A stretch of DNA of 64,000 bases from Candidatus Cloacimonadota bacterium (GCA_049903315.1 JBNGBT010000010.1:25071-89070), one strand, 5' to 3'. Counted from the first letter of the stretch, positions 29,029 to 39,709 are shown. Notes: generated from the sequence alone by a model not told the origin. Translations and numbers: made by a program.

Positions 29029-30012
29029 TTATGCTTTTACTTCAATTGCTTTCTTTGGGCATACATCAATACAAATGCCACACTGAATACATTTCTCCTC
29101 ATCAATTTTATGAACCTCTTTTACTTTTCCATCAATCGCACTCACAGGGCATTTCTTTGCACAGATCGTACATCCGATGCATTTTTCTTCAATAATAATG
29201 GGTTGAGGACGGGTTTTAATTCTATCTTCAATTGCTTTTGTAGGGCACACAGTCGCACACAAACCGCAGGATACACACTTGTCATAATTTATTGTAGCAA
29301 GGTTATTCTCAAGAGTTATCGCATCGACCGGACACTTCTTTGCACATAAGCCGCAGCCAATACAGGCAGTTTTATTTCCGCAGTTCGCTTTGGCATCTTT
29401 ACCTTTATCGTGAGACATGCAAAGTATATGCACTTTTTTACTGATCGGAACCAGCTCAATAAGATCTCTCGGGCAGGCCTCCACACATTTTCCACAGCCC
29501 GTGCATTTCTCTTCGTCAATGATGCGCATATTATTCTCATCGATAGAGATCGCATCAAAAATACAAGCATCATAACAATCATTATAACCAAGACAGCCAT
29601 ACGTGCAGGCATTTTGTCCGTTGGAAAGAAGAACCGCTGCTTTGCATGTGGCAATGCCTTTATTTTCAAATGTTATATTTGTGTTATTATTTCCGCCGCT
29701 TTGGCAATGGATAACTGCAATGTTTCTTTCTTTTTTACCAGCTTTTGTTCCCATGATCTTTGCAATTTCTGCTGCAACCGCGTCTCCACCAGGTGCACAC
29801 AATGTCGGTTCTGCACCGGATTTGACAACTGCTTCTGCATACCCGGAGCATCCCGGATAGCCGCACGCACCGCAATTGACTTTTGGTAATATTTCTTCGA
29901 TCTGTTCAATTTTGGGATCAACATCAACATGAAATACCTTCGAGGCAAAGGAGAGTGCAATGCCGAATAAAATACCAAGAACGCTTAAAACAATGATGGA
30001 AACCAATAACAT
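29029..30012 (-). CDS. rnfB: Rnf electron transport complex subunit B (poly-ferredoxin)
   Basis: 327 aa with an N-terminal TM anchor. Has the C-x-x-C-x-x-C cluster typical of RnfB ([16 protein letters not shown]) followed by multiple CxxCxxCxxxCP 4Fe-4S domains. Confidence 0.85.
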   Translation of the reverse strand: MLLVSIIVLSVLGILFGIALSFASKVFHVDVDPKIEQIEEILPKVNCGACGYPGCSGYAEAVVKSGAEPTLCAPGGDAVAAEIAKIMGTKAGKKERNIAVIHCQSGGNNNTNITFENKGIATCKAAVLLSNGQNACTYGCLGYNDCYDACIFDAISIDENNMRIIDEEKCTGCGKCVEACPRDLIELVPISKKVHILCMSHDKGKDAKANCGNKTACIGCGLCAKKCPVDAITLENNLATINYDKCVSCGLCATVCPTKAIEDRIKTRPQPIIIEEKCIGCTICAKKCPVSAIDGKVKEVHKIDEEKCIQCGICIDVCPKKAIEVKA

Positions 30013-30024
30013 GAGTGCTCCTTA

Positions 30025-30627
30025 TTAAAATTTCATCCCGGAAAATCCGAGAAAGGCAAGTGCCATACATCCTGCAACAATGAATGAAATAGGCATTCCC
30101 TTCATAGATTTGGGAACTTTGCTGTATTCAAGGCGTTCGCGGATGCCAGCCATGAGCACGAGAACAAGCGTGAAGCCAACTCCTGCCGCGGCGCCGTTTA
30201 CAATAGACTCAATAAAGTTATAATTCTCATTGATATTAAGCAAAGAGACACCAAGAACAGCACAGTTCGTTGTAATGAGTGGAAGATAGATACCAAGTGC
30301 TTTGTAGAGCTCAGGTGCTGTTTTTTTGATCACCATTTCAACAAATTGCACAAGCACTGCAATGCTGAGAATAAATGTTATCGTACGAAGGAAGGTGAGA
30401 TCGATGCCGAAGATGCTGGTCGCATCATTAAGGAAAAATGTGTAGATCAGCCAGGTGATCGTGGACGCCATGGTCATCACGAAGATAACTGCCATGCCCA
30501 TGCCAAGGGCGGAGTCCATCTTCTTGGATACACCAATATAAGGACAGAGTCCGAGAAAACGAGAAATAACGAAGTTGTTAATAAATATCGATCCGATAAT
30601 AATAATAAAAAGTGTTGAGAAATCCAT
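30025..30627 (-). CDS. rnfA: Rnf complex subunit A
   Basis: 200 aa, six-TM RnfA/RnfE/NqrDE family. Confidence 0.85.
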   Translation of the reverse strand: MDFSTLFIIIIGSIFINNFVISRFLGLCPYIGVSKKMDSALGMGMAVIFVMTMASTITWLIYTFFLNDATSIFGIDLTFLRTITFILSIAVLVQFVEMVIKKTAPELYKALGIYLPLITTNCAVLGVSLLNINENYNFIESIVNGAAAGVGFTLVLVLMAGIRERLEYSKVPKSMKGMPISFIVAGCMALAFLGFSGMKF

Positions 30628-30639
30628 ATGTGCTCCTTG

Positions 30640-31245
30640 TTAATTCGCCTTAGATTTCTTCTTGTTTTGAACAATATTTAACAAGCCCATTAAAAGACCG
30701 ATTGTGATAAAAGCGCCGGGAGGAAGAATTGCGACGATCATCGGTTTGTATGATGCAGGGAGAAGATGAATATTCAGGAGAGCGCCTGTACCAAGAATTT
30801 CCCTGATAGATGCAATAACCATGATCGCCAGCATGAAGCCAAGTCCCATACCGAGTCCGTCGAGCATGGATTTGAACACGCCATTCTTGCTTGCAAATGC
30901 TTCAGCTCTCCCAAGAATGATACAGTTCACCACAATAAGCGGAATAAAGATCCCGAGACTCTTGTGAAGTGCAGGCACGTACGCTTCCATTGTCATGTCG
31001 ACGATCGTTACGAACGATGCGATCACCAGAATAAAACAGGGAATACGGACCTTGCTCGGAATTACATTTTTTAAGAGAGAGATTAAGATATTCGAACACA
31101 CGAGAACAAAGGTCGCTGCAGTACCCATTCCGATCGCATTCTGAACTGAAGTACTGACTGCCAGTGTGGGGCACAAGCCAAGTGCCATCACGAAAACAGG
31201 ATTTTCTTTTATGATGCCTTTTGTAAATTCTTGAAATGCTTTCAT
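30640..31245 (-). CDS. rnfE: Rnf complex subunit E
   Basis: 201 aa RnfA/E-family paralog adjacent to rnfA. Confidence 0.85.
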   Translation of the reverse strand: MKAFQEFTKGIIKENPVFVMALGLCPTLAVSTSVQNAIGMGTAATFVLVCSNILISLLKNVIPSKVRIPCFILVIASFVTIVDMTMEAYVPALHKSLGIFIPLIVVNCIILGRAEAFASKNGVFKSMLDGLGMGLGFMLAIMVIASIREILGTGALLNIHLLPASYKPMIVAILPPGAFITIGLLMGLLNIVQNKKKSKAN

Positions 31246-31257
31246 TGTTCTCCTCGG

Positions 31258-31788
31258 CTATAATCTATCACGAAGCTTTTGAAAAGTGTCACGAATTGCA
31301 TTGGTCACTGCGCGGGTTGTAATGGTCGCACCGGTAAGGGATTGGATGTCCCCACCGTCTTTATCAACATAGATATTTCCGGGATTTTTATCAGAGAATT
31401 GAGCAGTGAAATCTGGTTTTGTGCAATTTGCTCCAAGACCGGGAGTTTCTGATTGCGAGACGACAGTGATCGCACTTATCATGAGTTCAGGAGTAAGCCC
31501 GACTATCGTCTTCACATCGCTGCTATAACCGTATTGTTCACAGGAAAAAACATATCCCACGAGTGTGCTGTCTGCAGAATAACCTTCATAAAATAATACA
31601 GTACTACTGTCTGATACCGGCTTGAAGGATTCAGCATCAGGGAGGACAAGTCTGCGTGCAGCTTCTACTGCTTTCAGCTTATTTTCAGCTATGAGAGGTG
31701 CGGTCTGTGTGTAGATCAGCGAGAGTATAGCTCCAGCGATCACACAGATGATCAACAAAACCAGAGTTGGACAAATAAAATCTTTCAT
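31258..31788 (-). CDS. rnfG: Rnf complex subunit G (FMN-binding)
   Basis: 176 aa with an N-terminal TM helix and the FMN attachment motif TGATITTRAV. Confidence 0.75.
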   Translation of the reverse strand: MKDFICPTLVLLIICVIAGAILSLIYTQTAPLIAENKLKAVEAARRLVLPDAESFKPVSDSSTVLFYEGYSADSTLVGYVFSCEQYGYSSDVKTIVGLTPELMISAITVVSQSETPGLGANCTKPDFTAQFSDKNPGNIYVDKDGGDIQSLTGATITTRAVTNAIRDTFQKLRDRL

Positions 31789-31809
31789 ATTATCCTCAAA
31801 AATATATAC

Positions 31810-32904
31810 TTATTTTTTAGATTTCTTTCTGGAACCAAATGCCTTTTGCGGGGTAATTTTATCAATGAGTGGAGCGGCAACATTCATAATAAGAATGGAA
31901 TATGAGACACCTTCGGGATACCCGCCCCATGTGCGGATCACGACAGTGAGTAGTCCGCAGCCAATGCCAAAGATAAGCCGCCCGTTTTTGGTCACAGGAG
32001 TGGTAACCATATCTGTAGCCATAAAGAAAGCTCCGAGAATGAGACCGCCGGAGAAAATATGGAATAAGATAGGACCGGAAAAGAGTCCGTCGATACCGCC
32101 AACCATCCAGCTCAGAAATGCCACAGTGCCGATGTAGCCAATGGGTATCCGCCATTCGATGTAGTGCTTATACACCAGAATAGCAGCTCCGAGTATCAGT
32201 GCGGCTGCAGATACTTCACCGATACATCCGCCGATATTACCCCAGAAAAGTTCTTTGATATAATCCAGGGATGAGAGTTGGTGGAAAATGGTTCTGGCAG
32301 AATCACCCGCAGTGCCGGCAATGATATCACCGCGAACCTGTTGAGCGAGATTAAGGGGAGTTGCTGAAGTGATCAAATTTTGGAGTTGAGCATCTCCGCC
32401 AGTTATTAAAGTTTGCTTAAGTCCTGAAACAGTCGCAACTCCGGCGTTTGCCAGCTTCGTAGCCCAGCCGGTCGTCATTTGGACAGGCCAGGATGCCATA
32501 AGGAAGGCACGCGCAAGGAGCGCTGGATTCACGGGGTTGTATCCCAAGCCACCGAAGATCTGTTTGCCGATAGTGATCGCAAAAACAGAACCCACAACAG
32601 GAATCCACCATGGAGTAAGGGGTGGGAGATTAAAAGCAAGAAGCATTCCTGTGACAACTGCACTTCCGTCAGAGATCGTTACAGGTCTTTTTGTTAAAAA
32701 TTGTACAAGAGCTTCAGTTACAACAGCAGCAACTACACCGAGAATGGTTATCCAGATAGATCGCCATCCAAAGAAAAGATATGCAGCGAGAAGCGCAGGC
32801 AGAAGGGCTATCACCACAGTCCACATTACCCGACGAACACTTACCTGTTCATGCAGGTGCGGAGAACAAGAGACATTCACTAAACTCACGAGTGAAACCT
32901 CCAA
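31810..32904 (-). CDS. rnfD: Rnf complex subunit D
   Basis: Polytopic NqrB/RnfD family with a GGxxD... and SGGL-containing C-terminal region. The N-terminal start is uncertain; an alternative start lies at the MWTVV Met. Confidence 0.8.
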   Translation of the reverse strand: MEVSLVSLVNVSCSPHLHEQVSVRRVMWTVVIALLPALLAAYLFFGWRSIWITILGVVAAVVTEALVQFLTKRPVTISDGSAVVTGMLLAFNLPPLTPWWIPVVGSVFAITIGKQIFGGLGYNPVNPALLARAFLMASWPVQMTTGWATKLANAGVATVSGLKQTLITGGDAQLQNLITSATPLNLAQQVRGDIIAGTAGDSARTIFHQLSSLDYIKELFWGNIGGCIGEVSAAALILGAAILVYKHYIEWRIPIGYIGTVAFLSWMVGGIDGLFSGPILFHIFSGGLILGAFFMATDMVTTPVTKNGRLIFGIGCGLLTVVIRTWGGYPEGVSYSILIMNVAAPLIDKITPQKAFGSRKKSKK

Positions 32905-32911
32905 AAACTAT

Positions 32912-34237
32912 TTATTTATCTTGGCGTTTAAGTTTATTTACTTCTAACTTTCCGATCTTGATCCATTGGACAAGCTGAATATGAGAAGGGCACACATAAG
33001 CGCAGGAGCCGCATTCAATACAGTCGAGAACTCCCAATTTCATAGCTTTCTCATATTGTCCATTCTTGATCTTATCAGCAATAAATGATGGCACAAGGTT
33101 CATCGGGCATGCATCCACGCAGCGCCCGCAGTGCAGACAAGGGGCTTCAGTAGTATCGACAACCTCTTTTTTGCCCAAAAACACAAAACCGGAAGTCGTT
33201 TTCGTAGCCGGAGCTTCAAGGTTGGGAAGAGCAAAACCCATCATAGGACCACCGGAAATTATCTTTCCTATTTCTTCTTTTGTGCCATCACAATATTCAA
33301 GAAGTTGGGAAAGAGGTGTTCCGATTGGCACTTTAAGATTTTTTGGCTCATTTACAATTGCACCACTAATCGTCGTAATCCTTTCAATAAGGGGTTTATG
33401 AAAACGAAGCGCTTCATATATTGCAAAAGCAGTTCCCACATTTTGGACAACAACCCCCACATCCATTGGAAGTCCGCCAGCTGGGACTTTACGTTTTGTC
33501 GCTGCATAAATAAGCTGCTTTTCTGCTCCTTGAGGATAACGCAGCATACAGGGAACTACATTAATGTTTTTCTGATCACGGAGCATTTGCCTGAAAATCG
33601 AAATAGCATTCTTTTTGTTGAGCTCGATACCAATGTATCCACGCTTGGCTCCGAGTATCTTCATTATAATGCGCAAACCTGCAATGATATCTTCAGGATA
33701 TTCAAGCATCAGCCGATGGTCGGATGTGAGATAGGGTTCGCATTCCACGCCATTAAGAATGACAGTATCTATAGGACGGTTTTCAGGGGGAGAGAGCTTC
33801 ACGTGTGTGGGAAATCCTGCACCACCCATGCCGCAGATACCTGCTTCCTGGATTCGTTCTTTCATTTTCTCGATGCTCAATGAGAAATACTGCTCATCGT
33901 CGATAAGTTTTGATATCCATTCATTCTTACCGTCATTCTCGATCTCGATTGCCTGCTGAATTGTGCCCGTTGGATGCGGATAAGGTCCTATCTTGGTTAC
34001 TTTACCTGAAACGGGACTATGCATAGGTATGGAAACAAATCCACTTGCTTCAGCAATTTTTTGTCCTTTTTTGACCTCATCTCCGACTTTTACAATTGGT
34101 ACAGCGGGACGACCGATATGCTGGATTAAAGGAATATAAAGTTTTTCTGGTGCAGGAAATTTCTCAATCCCTTTGTGATTGGAAAAATGTTTATGGTCAT
34201 GCGGATGAATACCACCCTTAAAAGTTTTTGCGCACAT
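32912..34237 (-). CDS. rnfC: Rnf complex subunit C (NADH-binding, 2x[4Fe-4S])
   Basis: 441 aa. Has a GxGxxG nucleotide motif (GMGGAGFP) and a C-terminal 2x[4Fe-4S] domain (CLHCGRCVDACP and CIECGSCAYVCP). Confidence 0.85.
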   Translation of the reverse strand: MCAKTFKGGIHPHDHKHFSNHKGIEKFPAPEKLYIPLIQHIGRPAVPIVKVGDEVKKGQKIAEASGFVSIPMHSPVSGKVTKIGPYPHPTGTIQQAIEIENDGKNEWISKLIDDEQYFSLSIEKMKERIQEAGICGMGGAGFPTHVKLSPPENRPIDTVILNGVECEPYLTSDHRLMLEYPEDIIAGLRIIMKILGAKRGYIGIELNKKNAISIFRQMLRDQKNINVVPCMLRYPQGAEKQLIYAATKRKVPAGGLPMDVGVVVQNVGTAFAIYEALRFHKPLIERITTISGAIVNEPKNLKVPIGTPLSQLLEYCDGTKEEIGKIISGGPMMGFALPNLEAPATKTTSGFVFLGKKEVVDTTEAPCLHCGRCVDACPMNLVPSFIADKIKNGQYEKAMKLGVLDCIECGSCAYVCPSHIQLVQWIKIGKLEVNKLKRQDK

Positions 34238-34295
34238 TATCAGTCCTTTGGAAATTTAAAATTTAAAATTACAAATTTAAAATTACATAGATTCA

Positions 34296-35219
34296 TTATT
34301 CGAAAATAGCTTTCACGAATTCTGTTGCATCAAAATCTTTCAGATCATCCATCTGTTCGCCGACACCAATAGCCTTGATAGGTATCTGAAGGCTGTCTTT
34401 GATGCCAAGAGCAACACCCCCCTTTGCCGTGCCGTCAAGTTTCGTGAGTATGATGCCGTTGATTGGTATGGATTCAAGGAATTTCTTTGCCTGCTGAACA
34501 CCATTTTGACCTGTTGTCGCATCAATGACAAGCAGGACTTGATGTGGAGCTTCAGGGATGTGTTTTTGGATAGTCCGTTTTATTTTTTCGAGTTCTCTCA
34601 TAAGATTTATTTTTGTGTGGAGTCTGCCGGCAGTATCGATCAAAACGACATCGTATGAATGAGCTTTTGCAGACTGCATGGCATTGAATATCACAGAAGA
34701 TGGATCAGAGCCGTATTCCTGTCCGATAATTGCAACACCAATTCTCTTTGCCCAGAGCTCAAGCTGCTCGATCGCTGCTGCCCGGAAAGTATCACCTGCA
34801 ACAAGGAGAACCTTCTTACCATTATTTTTAAATCGCTGAGCACATTTCGCAATTGAAGTGGTTTTGCCCACTCCATTCACTCCCACGAAGAGCATCACAT
34901 AGGGCTTTTCCTGGGGATTAAAATCTATAGATTCCACATCCTTATATTCATCCCGAAGAATGGTAAGAATGATATTTTCAAGCGCAGAAAATACTTTTTC
35001 TGAACTTGTGAGTTTGTGAAGGCGTATTTGTCCTTTTAATTGTGAAATGATCTTTTCTGTAATAGAAATGCCGAGATCTGCTTGGATAAGGATGTCTTCG
35101 ATATCTTCAATAAGTTCCTCATCAACCCTGCCACTCAAATGAACGATCTCTGCTATACGGGTAATAAAGGAATTGTGGGTCTTAGAAAGTTTTTTCTTTA
35201 AACTGCTCACAAGTGACAA
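34296..35219 (-). CDS. ftsY: Signal recognition particle receptor FtsY
   Basis: SRP GTPase G1-G4 motifs (GVNGVGKTTS, DTAGR, TKLDG). Confidence 0.9.
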   Translation of the reverse strand: MSLVSSLKKKLSKTHNSFITRIAEIVHLSGRVDEELIEDIEDILIQADLGISITEKIISQLKGQIRLHKLTSSEKVFSALENIILTILRDEYKDVESIDFNPQEKPYVMLFVGVNGVGKTTSIAKCAQRFKNNGKKVLLVAGDTFRAAAIEQLELWAKRIGVAIIGQEYGSDPSSVIFNAMQSAKAHSYDVVLIDTAGRLHTKINLMRELEKIKRTIQKHIPEAPHQVLLVIDATTGQNGVQQAKKFLESIPINGIILTKLDGTAKGGVALGIKDSLQIPIKAIGVGEQMDDLKDFDATEFVKAIFE

Positions 35220-35288
35220 TAAAAACTCCGAAAATTTTGCTTCAAATATTGTATTGGTAAGAATGAATCAAGTTTTTTTCAAAAAAAA

Positions 35289-35365
35289 TGGTGGGTGATA
35301 CTGGATTCGAACCAGTGACCTCTACGATGTGAACGTAGCGCTCTAACCAGCTGAGCTAATCACCC
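35289..35365 (-). tRNA. tRNA-Val (anticodon CAC)
   Basis: The minus-strand 77-nt sequence GGGTGATTAGCTCAGCTGGTTAGAGCGCTACGTTCACATCGTAGAGGTCACTGGTTCGAATCCAGTATCACCCACCA folds as a cloverleaf. It has a 7-bp acceptor stem, D-stem GCTC/GAGC, anticodon stem CTACG/CGTAG with loop TTCACAT, T-stem ACTGG/CCAGT with TTCGAAT, and an encoded CCA. Confidence 0.85.
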
Positions 35366-35373
35366 GACCGAGT

Positions 35374-35583
35374 TTATACTTCTTTTTTTGCAAAAACTAC
35401 ATAAAACAAACGAATCGCGATGAGCATTATTGGTATAATGAGCCAAACATAGTCAACTTTTGCAAGCACTGGGAAAAGCTTAATCACGATCCACATAACA
35501 AGTGCAGCAGCGACCTGAGCTAATTTTAGATCGAAAATATTCATTCGTTTTATACGGTTATTAAAGAATTGAATAATATTCAT
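35374..35583 (-). CDS. Hypothetical small membrane protein
   Basis: 69 aa ORF with two predicted TM helices, immediately downstream of ppdK (2-nt gap). No recognisable family. Confidence 0.3.
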   Translation of the reverse strand: MNIIQFFNNRIKRMNIFDLKLAQVAAALVMWIVIKLFPVLAKVDYVWLIIPIMLIAIRLFYVVFAKKEV

Positions 35584-35584
35584 A

Positions 35585-38305
35585 TTATTTAGGATTTTTA
35601 ATTACAGCTTGCGCTGCAGCAAGACGTGCGATTGGGACACGGAAAGGGGAACAGCTTACATAATTCAAGCCTATTTTATGACAAAATTCTACAGAACTGG
35701 GCTCTCCTCCGTGCTCACCACATATGCCTATTATTAGTTTAGGATTCGTTTTTCTTCCTTTTTCAATCGCGATTTTAACAAGCTCACCAATACCTTTTTG
35801 ATCGAGTGCCTGGAATGGATCATGGCTAAAGATGCCTATTTCTTTATACTGCTTAAGGAATTTACCTGAATCGTCTCTGGAGAATCCAAAACCCATCTGA
35901 GTAAGATCGTTCGTGCCAAATGAGAAAAATTCTGCATGTTCAGCGATCTCATCAGCAACAAGGCATGCACGAGGTATTTCAATCATTGTACCAACCTTAA
36001 AGTGCAGGTTGATGCCGTTTTTATTGATAATTCGGGAAGCAATGTCTCGAGCACGTTTTTCTATAAAATCGTATTCATTCACATCACTCACGAGCGGAAT
36101 CATTATTTCCGGTTTAGCATCAATGCCCTTCTTTTTTAGAGAGCATGCAGATTCAATTATTGCTTCGATCTGCATGTCATAGATATCCGGAAAAGTTATG
36201 CCGAGACGGCAGCCCCTGTGCCCGAGCATCGGATTGAATTCTTTGAGTTGGTTTATCCTTGCTTTAATATCCTGCGTTGATTTTTTGAAAGTCTTGCTTA
36301 ATTTTTGAATCTCTTCGTCGTCTTTAAGGTCAGGGAGAAATTCATGAAGGGGGGGATCGAGTAAACGGATCGTAACGGGAAGTCCCTGCATTACTTCAAG
36401 AATTCCTTTGAAGTCTTCGATCTGATTCTTTTTCAGTTCTTCAAGCGGATATTTCCTTTCTTCCGGTGAGTCGGCAAGGATCATACCGCGGACGAAATCA
36501 ATCCTATTTTCACCAAAAAACATATGTTCTGTCCTGCAAAGGCCAATCCCGACTGCACCAAAATTTCGTGCGATTTCAGAGTCTTTTGGAGTATCAGCAT
36601 TTGCGTGAACATGGAGCCGGGCTCTCTGGTCAGCCCATTTCATAAGCTGCTCAAATTCTTCAGTAAATTCCGGAGATTTTGTGCCGATCTTACCTTCAAA
36701 TACTTCACCTGTAGAGCCATCAATAGAAATGAAATCCCCTTCTTTTATGACATGGTCATCAACAAAAAATTTCTTAGCTTTTAAATCAATACTAATATCT
36801 CCGCAACCTGCGACACAGCATTTCCCCATTCCTCGTGCGACAACTGCAGCATGAGAAGTCATGCCGCCACGCACAGTAAGAATACCCTGCGATGCATCCA
36901 TTCCAGAGATATCTTCCGGAGAAGTTTCAGTTCGCACAAGAATTGTTTTTTCATTTCTTTCTTTCCATTTAACTGCTTCTTCAGCGTAGAAAACGACCTT
37001 GCCGACAGCAGCACCAGGAGAAGCAGGTAGTCCTTTTGCAAGAAAACGATTCTCCTTTTCTGCTTTCACCTTTTCTTTATCATCAAAACTTGGGTGGAGA
37101 AGCTGGTTAAGCTGATCCGGCTCGACGCGCATGAGTGCAGTGTCTTTATCGATCATTTTCTCTTTTACCATATCAACTGCAATTTTCACTGCTGCATTTG
37201 CAGTGCGTTTACCCGTTCTGGTCTGAAGAATGAATAAAGTATCTTTCTGAATAGTGAATTCAAGATCTTGCATATCTTTGTAATGAGTTTCTAATTTTCT
37301 CTGTATTGCAAAAAGCTCTTTATATACTTTCGGCATCAATTCTTCGAGAGAAGGATATTTTTCTACTCTCACCTTTTCAGATATATTATTATTTTTTGCC
37401 CAACGAATAGAATTTCCTTTTGTGATTTCCTGTGGAGTGCGTGTTCCTGCGACCACGTCCTCACCCTGTGCATTTACAAGGAATTCTCCAAAGAATTTAT
37501 CCTCTCCAGTAGAAGGATCGCGCGTGAAAGCAACACCTGTTGCACAGTCCTCTCCCATATTACCAAAGACCATTGCTTGGACATTAACCGCTGTGCCAAG
37601 AAGTCCTGTGATATTATTTAACTCACGGTATTTTTCTGCTCGCGCATTACTCCAAGATTTAAAAACAGAGTCGATCGCGGACCAGAGCTGATCATTGGGA
37701 TTTTGAGGGAATTCTTCACCCATCTCATCTTTATAGATTTCTTTGTATTGCTCAACAACAAGTTTAAGATCGTCAGCGGTCAAATCTATATCAAGGGTCA
37801 CTTTTTTCATGTTCTTGATACGTGAAAGCACATCTTCAAAGAGCTCAGAATCTATTTGATGAACAACATTCCCGAACATCTGAATAAGCCTGCGATACGC
37901 ATCCCACACGAATCTTGCATTTCCTGTAGTTTCTGCAAAACCCTTTACCGACTTGTCATTCAGCCCGAGATTAAGGATAGTATCCATCATGCCTGGCATG
38001 GAAACCGCGGCGCCGGAACGGACAGAAAGAAGGAGAGGCTTATGCGCATCTCCAAACTTCAAATCCATTTCTTTCTCCAGAAGATCAAGGTTAATTTCGA
38101 CTTCCTTTTTCAAATTTGAAGGATAGTGCTGGTCATGTTTATTGAAATAGTCACAAATTTCTGTTGATAACGTAAAACCGGGAGGGACAGGGATGCCGAG
38201 ATTTGACATTTCTGCAAGGTTTGCTCCTTTACCTCCAAGAATTTCCTTCATGGATTTATTTCCATCGGTTTTTGTTTTACCAAAATAATACACATTCTTA
38301 GTCAT
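35585..38305 (-). CDS. ppdK: Pyruvate, phosphate dikinase
   Basis: 906 aa. Catalytic-His motif GGMTSHAAVVARGMG, an N-terminal ATP-grasp domain and a C-terminal PEP-utilizing domain. Confidence 0.9.
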   Translation of the reverse strand: MTKNVYYFGKTKTDGNKSMKEILGGKGANLAEMSNLGIPVPPGFTLSTEICDYFNKHDQHYPSNLKKEVEINLDLLEKEMDLKFGDAHKPLLLSVRSGAAVSMPGMMDTILNLGLNDKSVKGFAETTGNARFVWDAYRRLIQMFGNVVHQIDSELFEDVLSRIKNMKKVTLDIDLTADDLKLVVEQYKEIYKDEMGEEFPQNPNDQLWSAIDSVFKSWSNARAEKYRELNNITGLLGTAVNVQAMVFGNMGEDCATGVAFTRDPSTGEDKFFGEFLVNAQGEDVVAGTRTPQEITKGNSIRWAKNNNISEKVRVEKYPSLEELMPKVYKELFAIQRKLETHYKDMQDLEFTIQKDTLFILQTRTGKRTANAAVKIAVDMVKEKMIDKDTALMRVEPDQLNQLLHPSFDDKEKVKAEKENRFLAKGLPASPGAAVGKVVFYAEEAVKWKERNEKTILVRTETSPEDISGMDASQGILTVRGGMTSHAAVVARGMGKCCVAGCGDISIDLKAKKFFVDDHVIKEGDFISIDGSTGEVFEGKIGTKSPEFTEEFEQLMKWADQRARLHVHANADTPKDSEIARNFGAVGIGLCRTEHMFFGENRIDFVRGMILADSPEERKYPLEELKKNQIEDFKGILEVMQGLPVTIRLLDPPLHEFLPDLKDDEEIQKLSKTFKKSTQDIKARINQLKEFNPMLGHRGCRLGITFPDIYDMQIEAIIESACSLKKKGIDAKPEIMIPLVSDVNEYDFIEKRARDIASRIINKNGINLHFKVGTMIEIPRACLVADEIAEHAEFFSFGTNDLTQMGFGFSRDDSGKFLKQYKEIGIFSHDPFQALDQKGIGELVKIAIEKGRKTNPKLIIGICGEHGGEPSSVEFCHKIGLNYVSCSPFRVPIARLAAAQAVIKNPK

Positions 38306-38314
38306 GTTACCTCT

Positions 38315-38896
38315 TTATTTATATAAATTATTATTATTAATGAATTCTTCAACTTTTGCAGGAACTAGTCCGCGGATGGGCTTTCCTTGCGAGCGCATAT
38401 TCCTGATGCACTGTGAAGAGATGTCAATTTTTGGCATTTCCAGAAATGAAAGTTCACCACTGAAAGAAAAATCATGAGAACGATCTTTCCTATCTGATGG
38501 TCTGCTAATAATAATGAACTTAGCCAGTTTGAGCAACTCATTATACTTGAACCACATTGAGATTTCCGGCACATTATCCTCACCCATGAGAAAATAGAGT
38601 TCATCATCAGGATGTTCTTTTTTCAATTTCTCAAGTGTGAAATATGTGTAGGTAAAATCCTGGGCGTGTTCCTGTTTTTCCAGTTCGCTGATTTCAAAAT
38701 ATGGATATCCGCTCAGAGCCAGATGGAGCATCTGAACTCTTAGATCAAATGGAGTTTGCGGTTTTTTATGCGGTGGATTGCCGGCAGGAATAAAAAAGAT
38801 TTTATCCAGTTGAAGTTTGTCTTGGCAATATTCTGCCATCCGGAGGTGACCGCAGTGGATTGGATCAAAGGTGCCACCAAGTATTCCCAATCTCAT
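38315..38896 (-). CDS. nadD: Nicotinate-nucleotide adenylyltransferase
   Basis: 193 aa. N-terminal GGTFDPIHxGH nucleotidyltransferase motif (GILGGTFDPIHCGHL). Confidence 0.85.
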   Translation of the reverse strand: MRLGILGGTFDPIHCGHLRMAEYCQDKLQLDKIFFIPAGNPPHKKPQTPFDLRVQMLHLALSGYPYFEISELEKQEHAQDFTYTYFTLEKLKKEHPDDELYFLMGEDNVPEISMWFKYNELLKLAKFIIISRPSDRKDRSHDFSFSGELSFLEMPKIDISSQCIRNMRSQGKPIRGLVPAKVEEFINNNNLYK

Positions 38897-38898
38897 GA

Positions 38899-39708
38899 TC
38901 AGTTTGTTGTATGAGCGTTTATTTTTTTTATGAATGGAGATTCGGGGTATTTTGCAGAAAGCTGTTCGCCAATATCTGCAAGCTTATCCCATATCTTTTT
39001 TTTGATATATATTTTCGCGGCGAGCTCAAGTGCATTTTCGTCTATCTCGCCAGGAATATTCTCATCAAAAATTTCATTAAGATACATCAGAGATGCATTA
39101 TAATATCCCATCATGTAATAAATATGAGCGTTGAGATATTTCTTTTCAAGAAGCTTGTTTATGCAAGTAGTCTTCATGTTTTCAACGTTGACAATAAGTT
39201 CAGATTCCGGGTATTGGGCAATAAAATGATTGAACTGCTGAAGAGCATTTATCGTTTCTTGTTGATCATATGCGGGGGGATAAGATAATTTGAACCAGGC
39301 AGAGCCGATTTTGAAATTAGCATCTTCATTATATTGAGAGTAAGGGAACAATCGCATGAGTTGTTCAAATTCAAAGATCGCATCTTCGTACAATTTCATA
39401 TTGAAATAACAGTTTGCAAGCTGGTATTGAGCTCGTTTGACAAGCGTATCACCCTTACTCATATACGTGATGATCTCATATATATCTCTTGCTTTGTTGA
39501 ATTTCCTTCTTTGATACAGTTCATCAGCTTCGATCATTTTTTCATGAGGATCGAAATCACCTTTCGGAAGCTCAAAGGGTTTTTCATACGTGACATCGTC
39601 TTCTTCATCCCAACTCATGGGCGAAGGAGTTTGTGAATAGAGAAAATTCATAAAAATGAGAGAAATAAGAATCAGTAAAAACAAGATTGGCAGGATATAT
39701 TTTTTCAT
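38899..39708 (-). CDS. TPR-repeat outer-membrane lipoprotein, BamD/YfiO-like
   Basis: The preferred start MKKYILPILFLLILISL lies 2 nt after the upstream gene's stop. TPR-like helices follow. Family assignment is tentative. Confidence 0.45.
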   Translation of the reverse strand: MKKYILPILFLLILISLIFMNFLYSQTPSPMSWDEEDDVTYEKPFELPKGDFDPHEKMIEADELYQRRKFNKARDIYEIITYMSKGDTLVKRAQYQLANCYFNMKLYEDAIFEFEQLMRLFPYSQYNEDANFKIGSAWFKLSYPPAYDQQETINALQQFNHFIAQYPESELIVNVENMKTTCINKLLEKKYLNAHIYYMMGYYNASLMYLNEIFDENIPGEIDENALELAAKIYIKKKIWDKLADIGEQLSAKYPESPFIKKINAHTTN

Positions 39709-39709
39709 T

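Noticed and set aside
29110-29889. Several + strand ORFs (79-159 aa) inside rnfB
   Set aside because: Antisense to the poly-ferredoxin gene. The palindromic Cys-codon-rich DNA gives open frames on both strands. No independent support.
33131-33883. 250-aa + strand ORF inside rnfC
   Set aside because: Antisense to rnfC, which has unambiguous NADH-binding and 4Fe-4S motifs. Compositional artefact.
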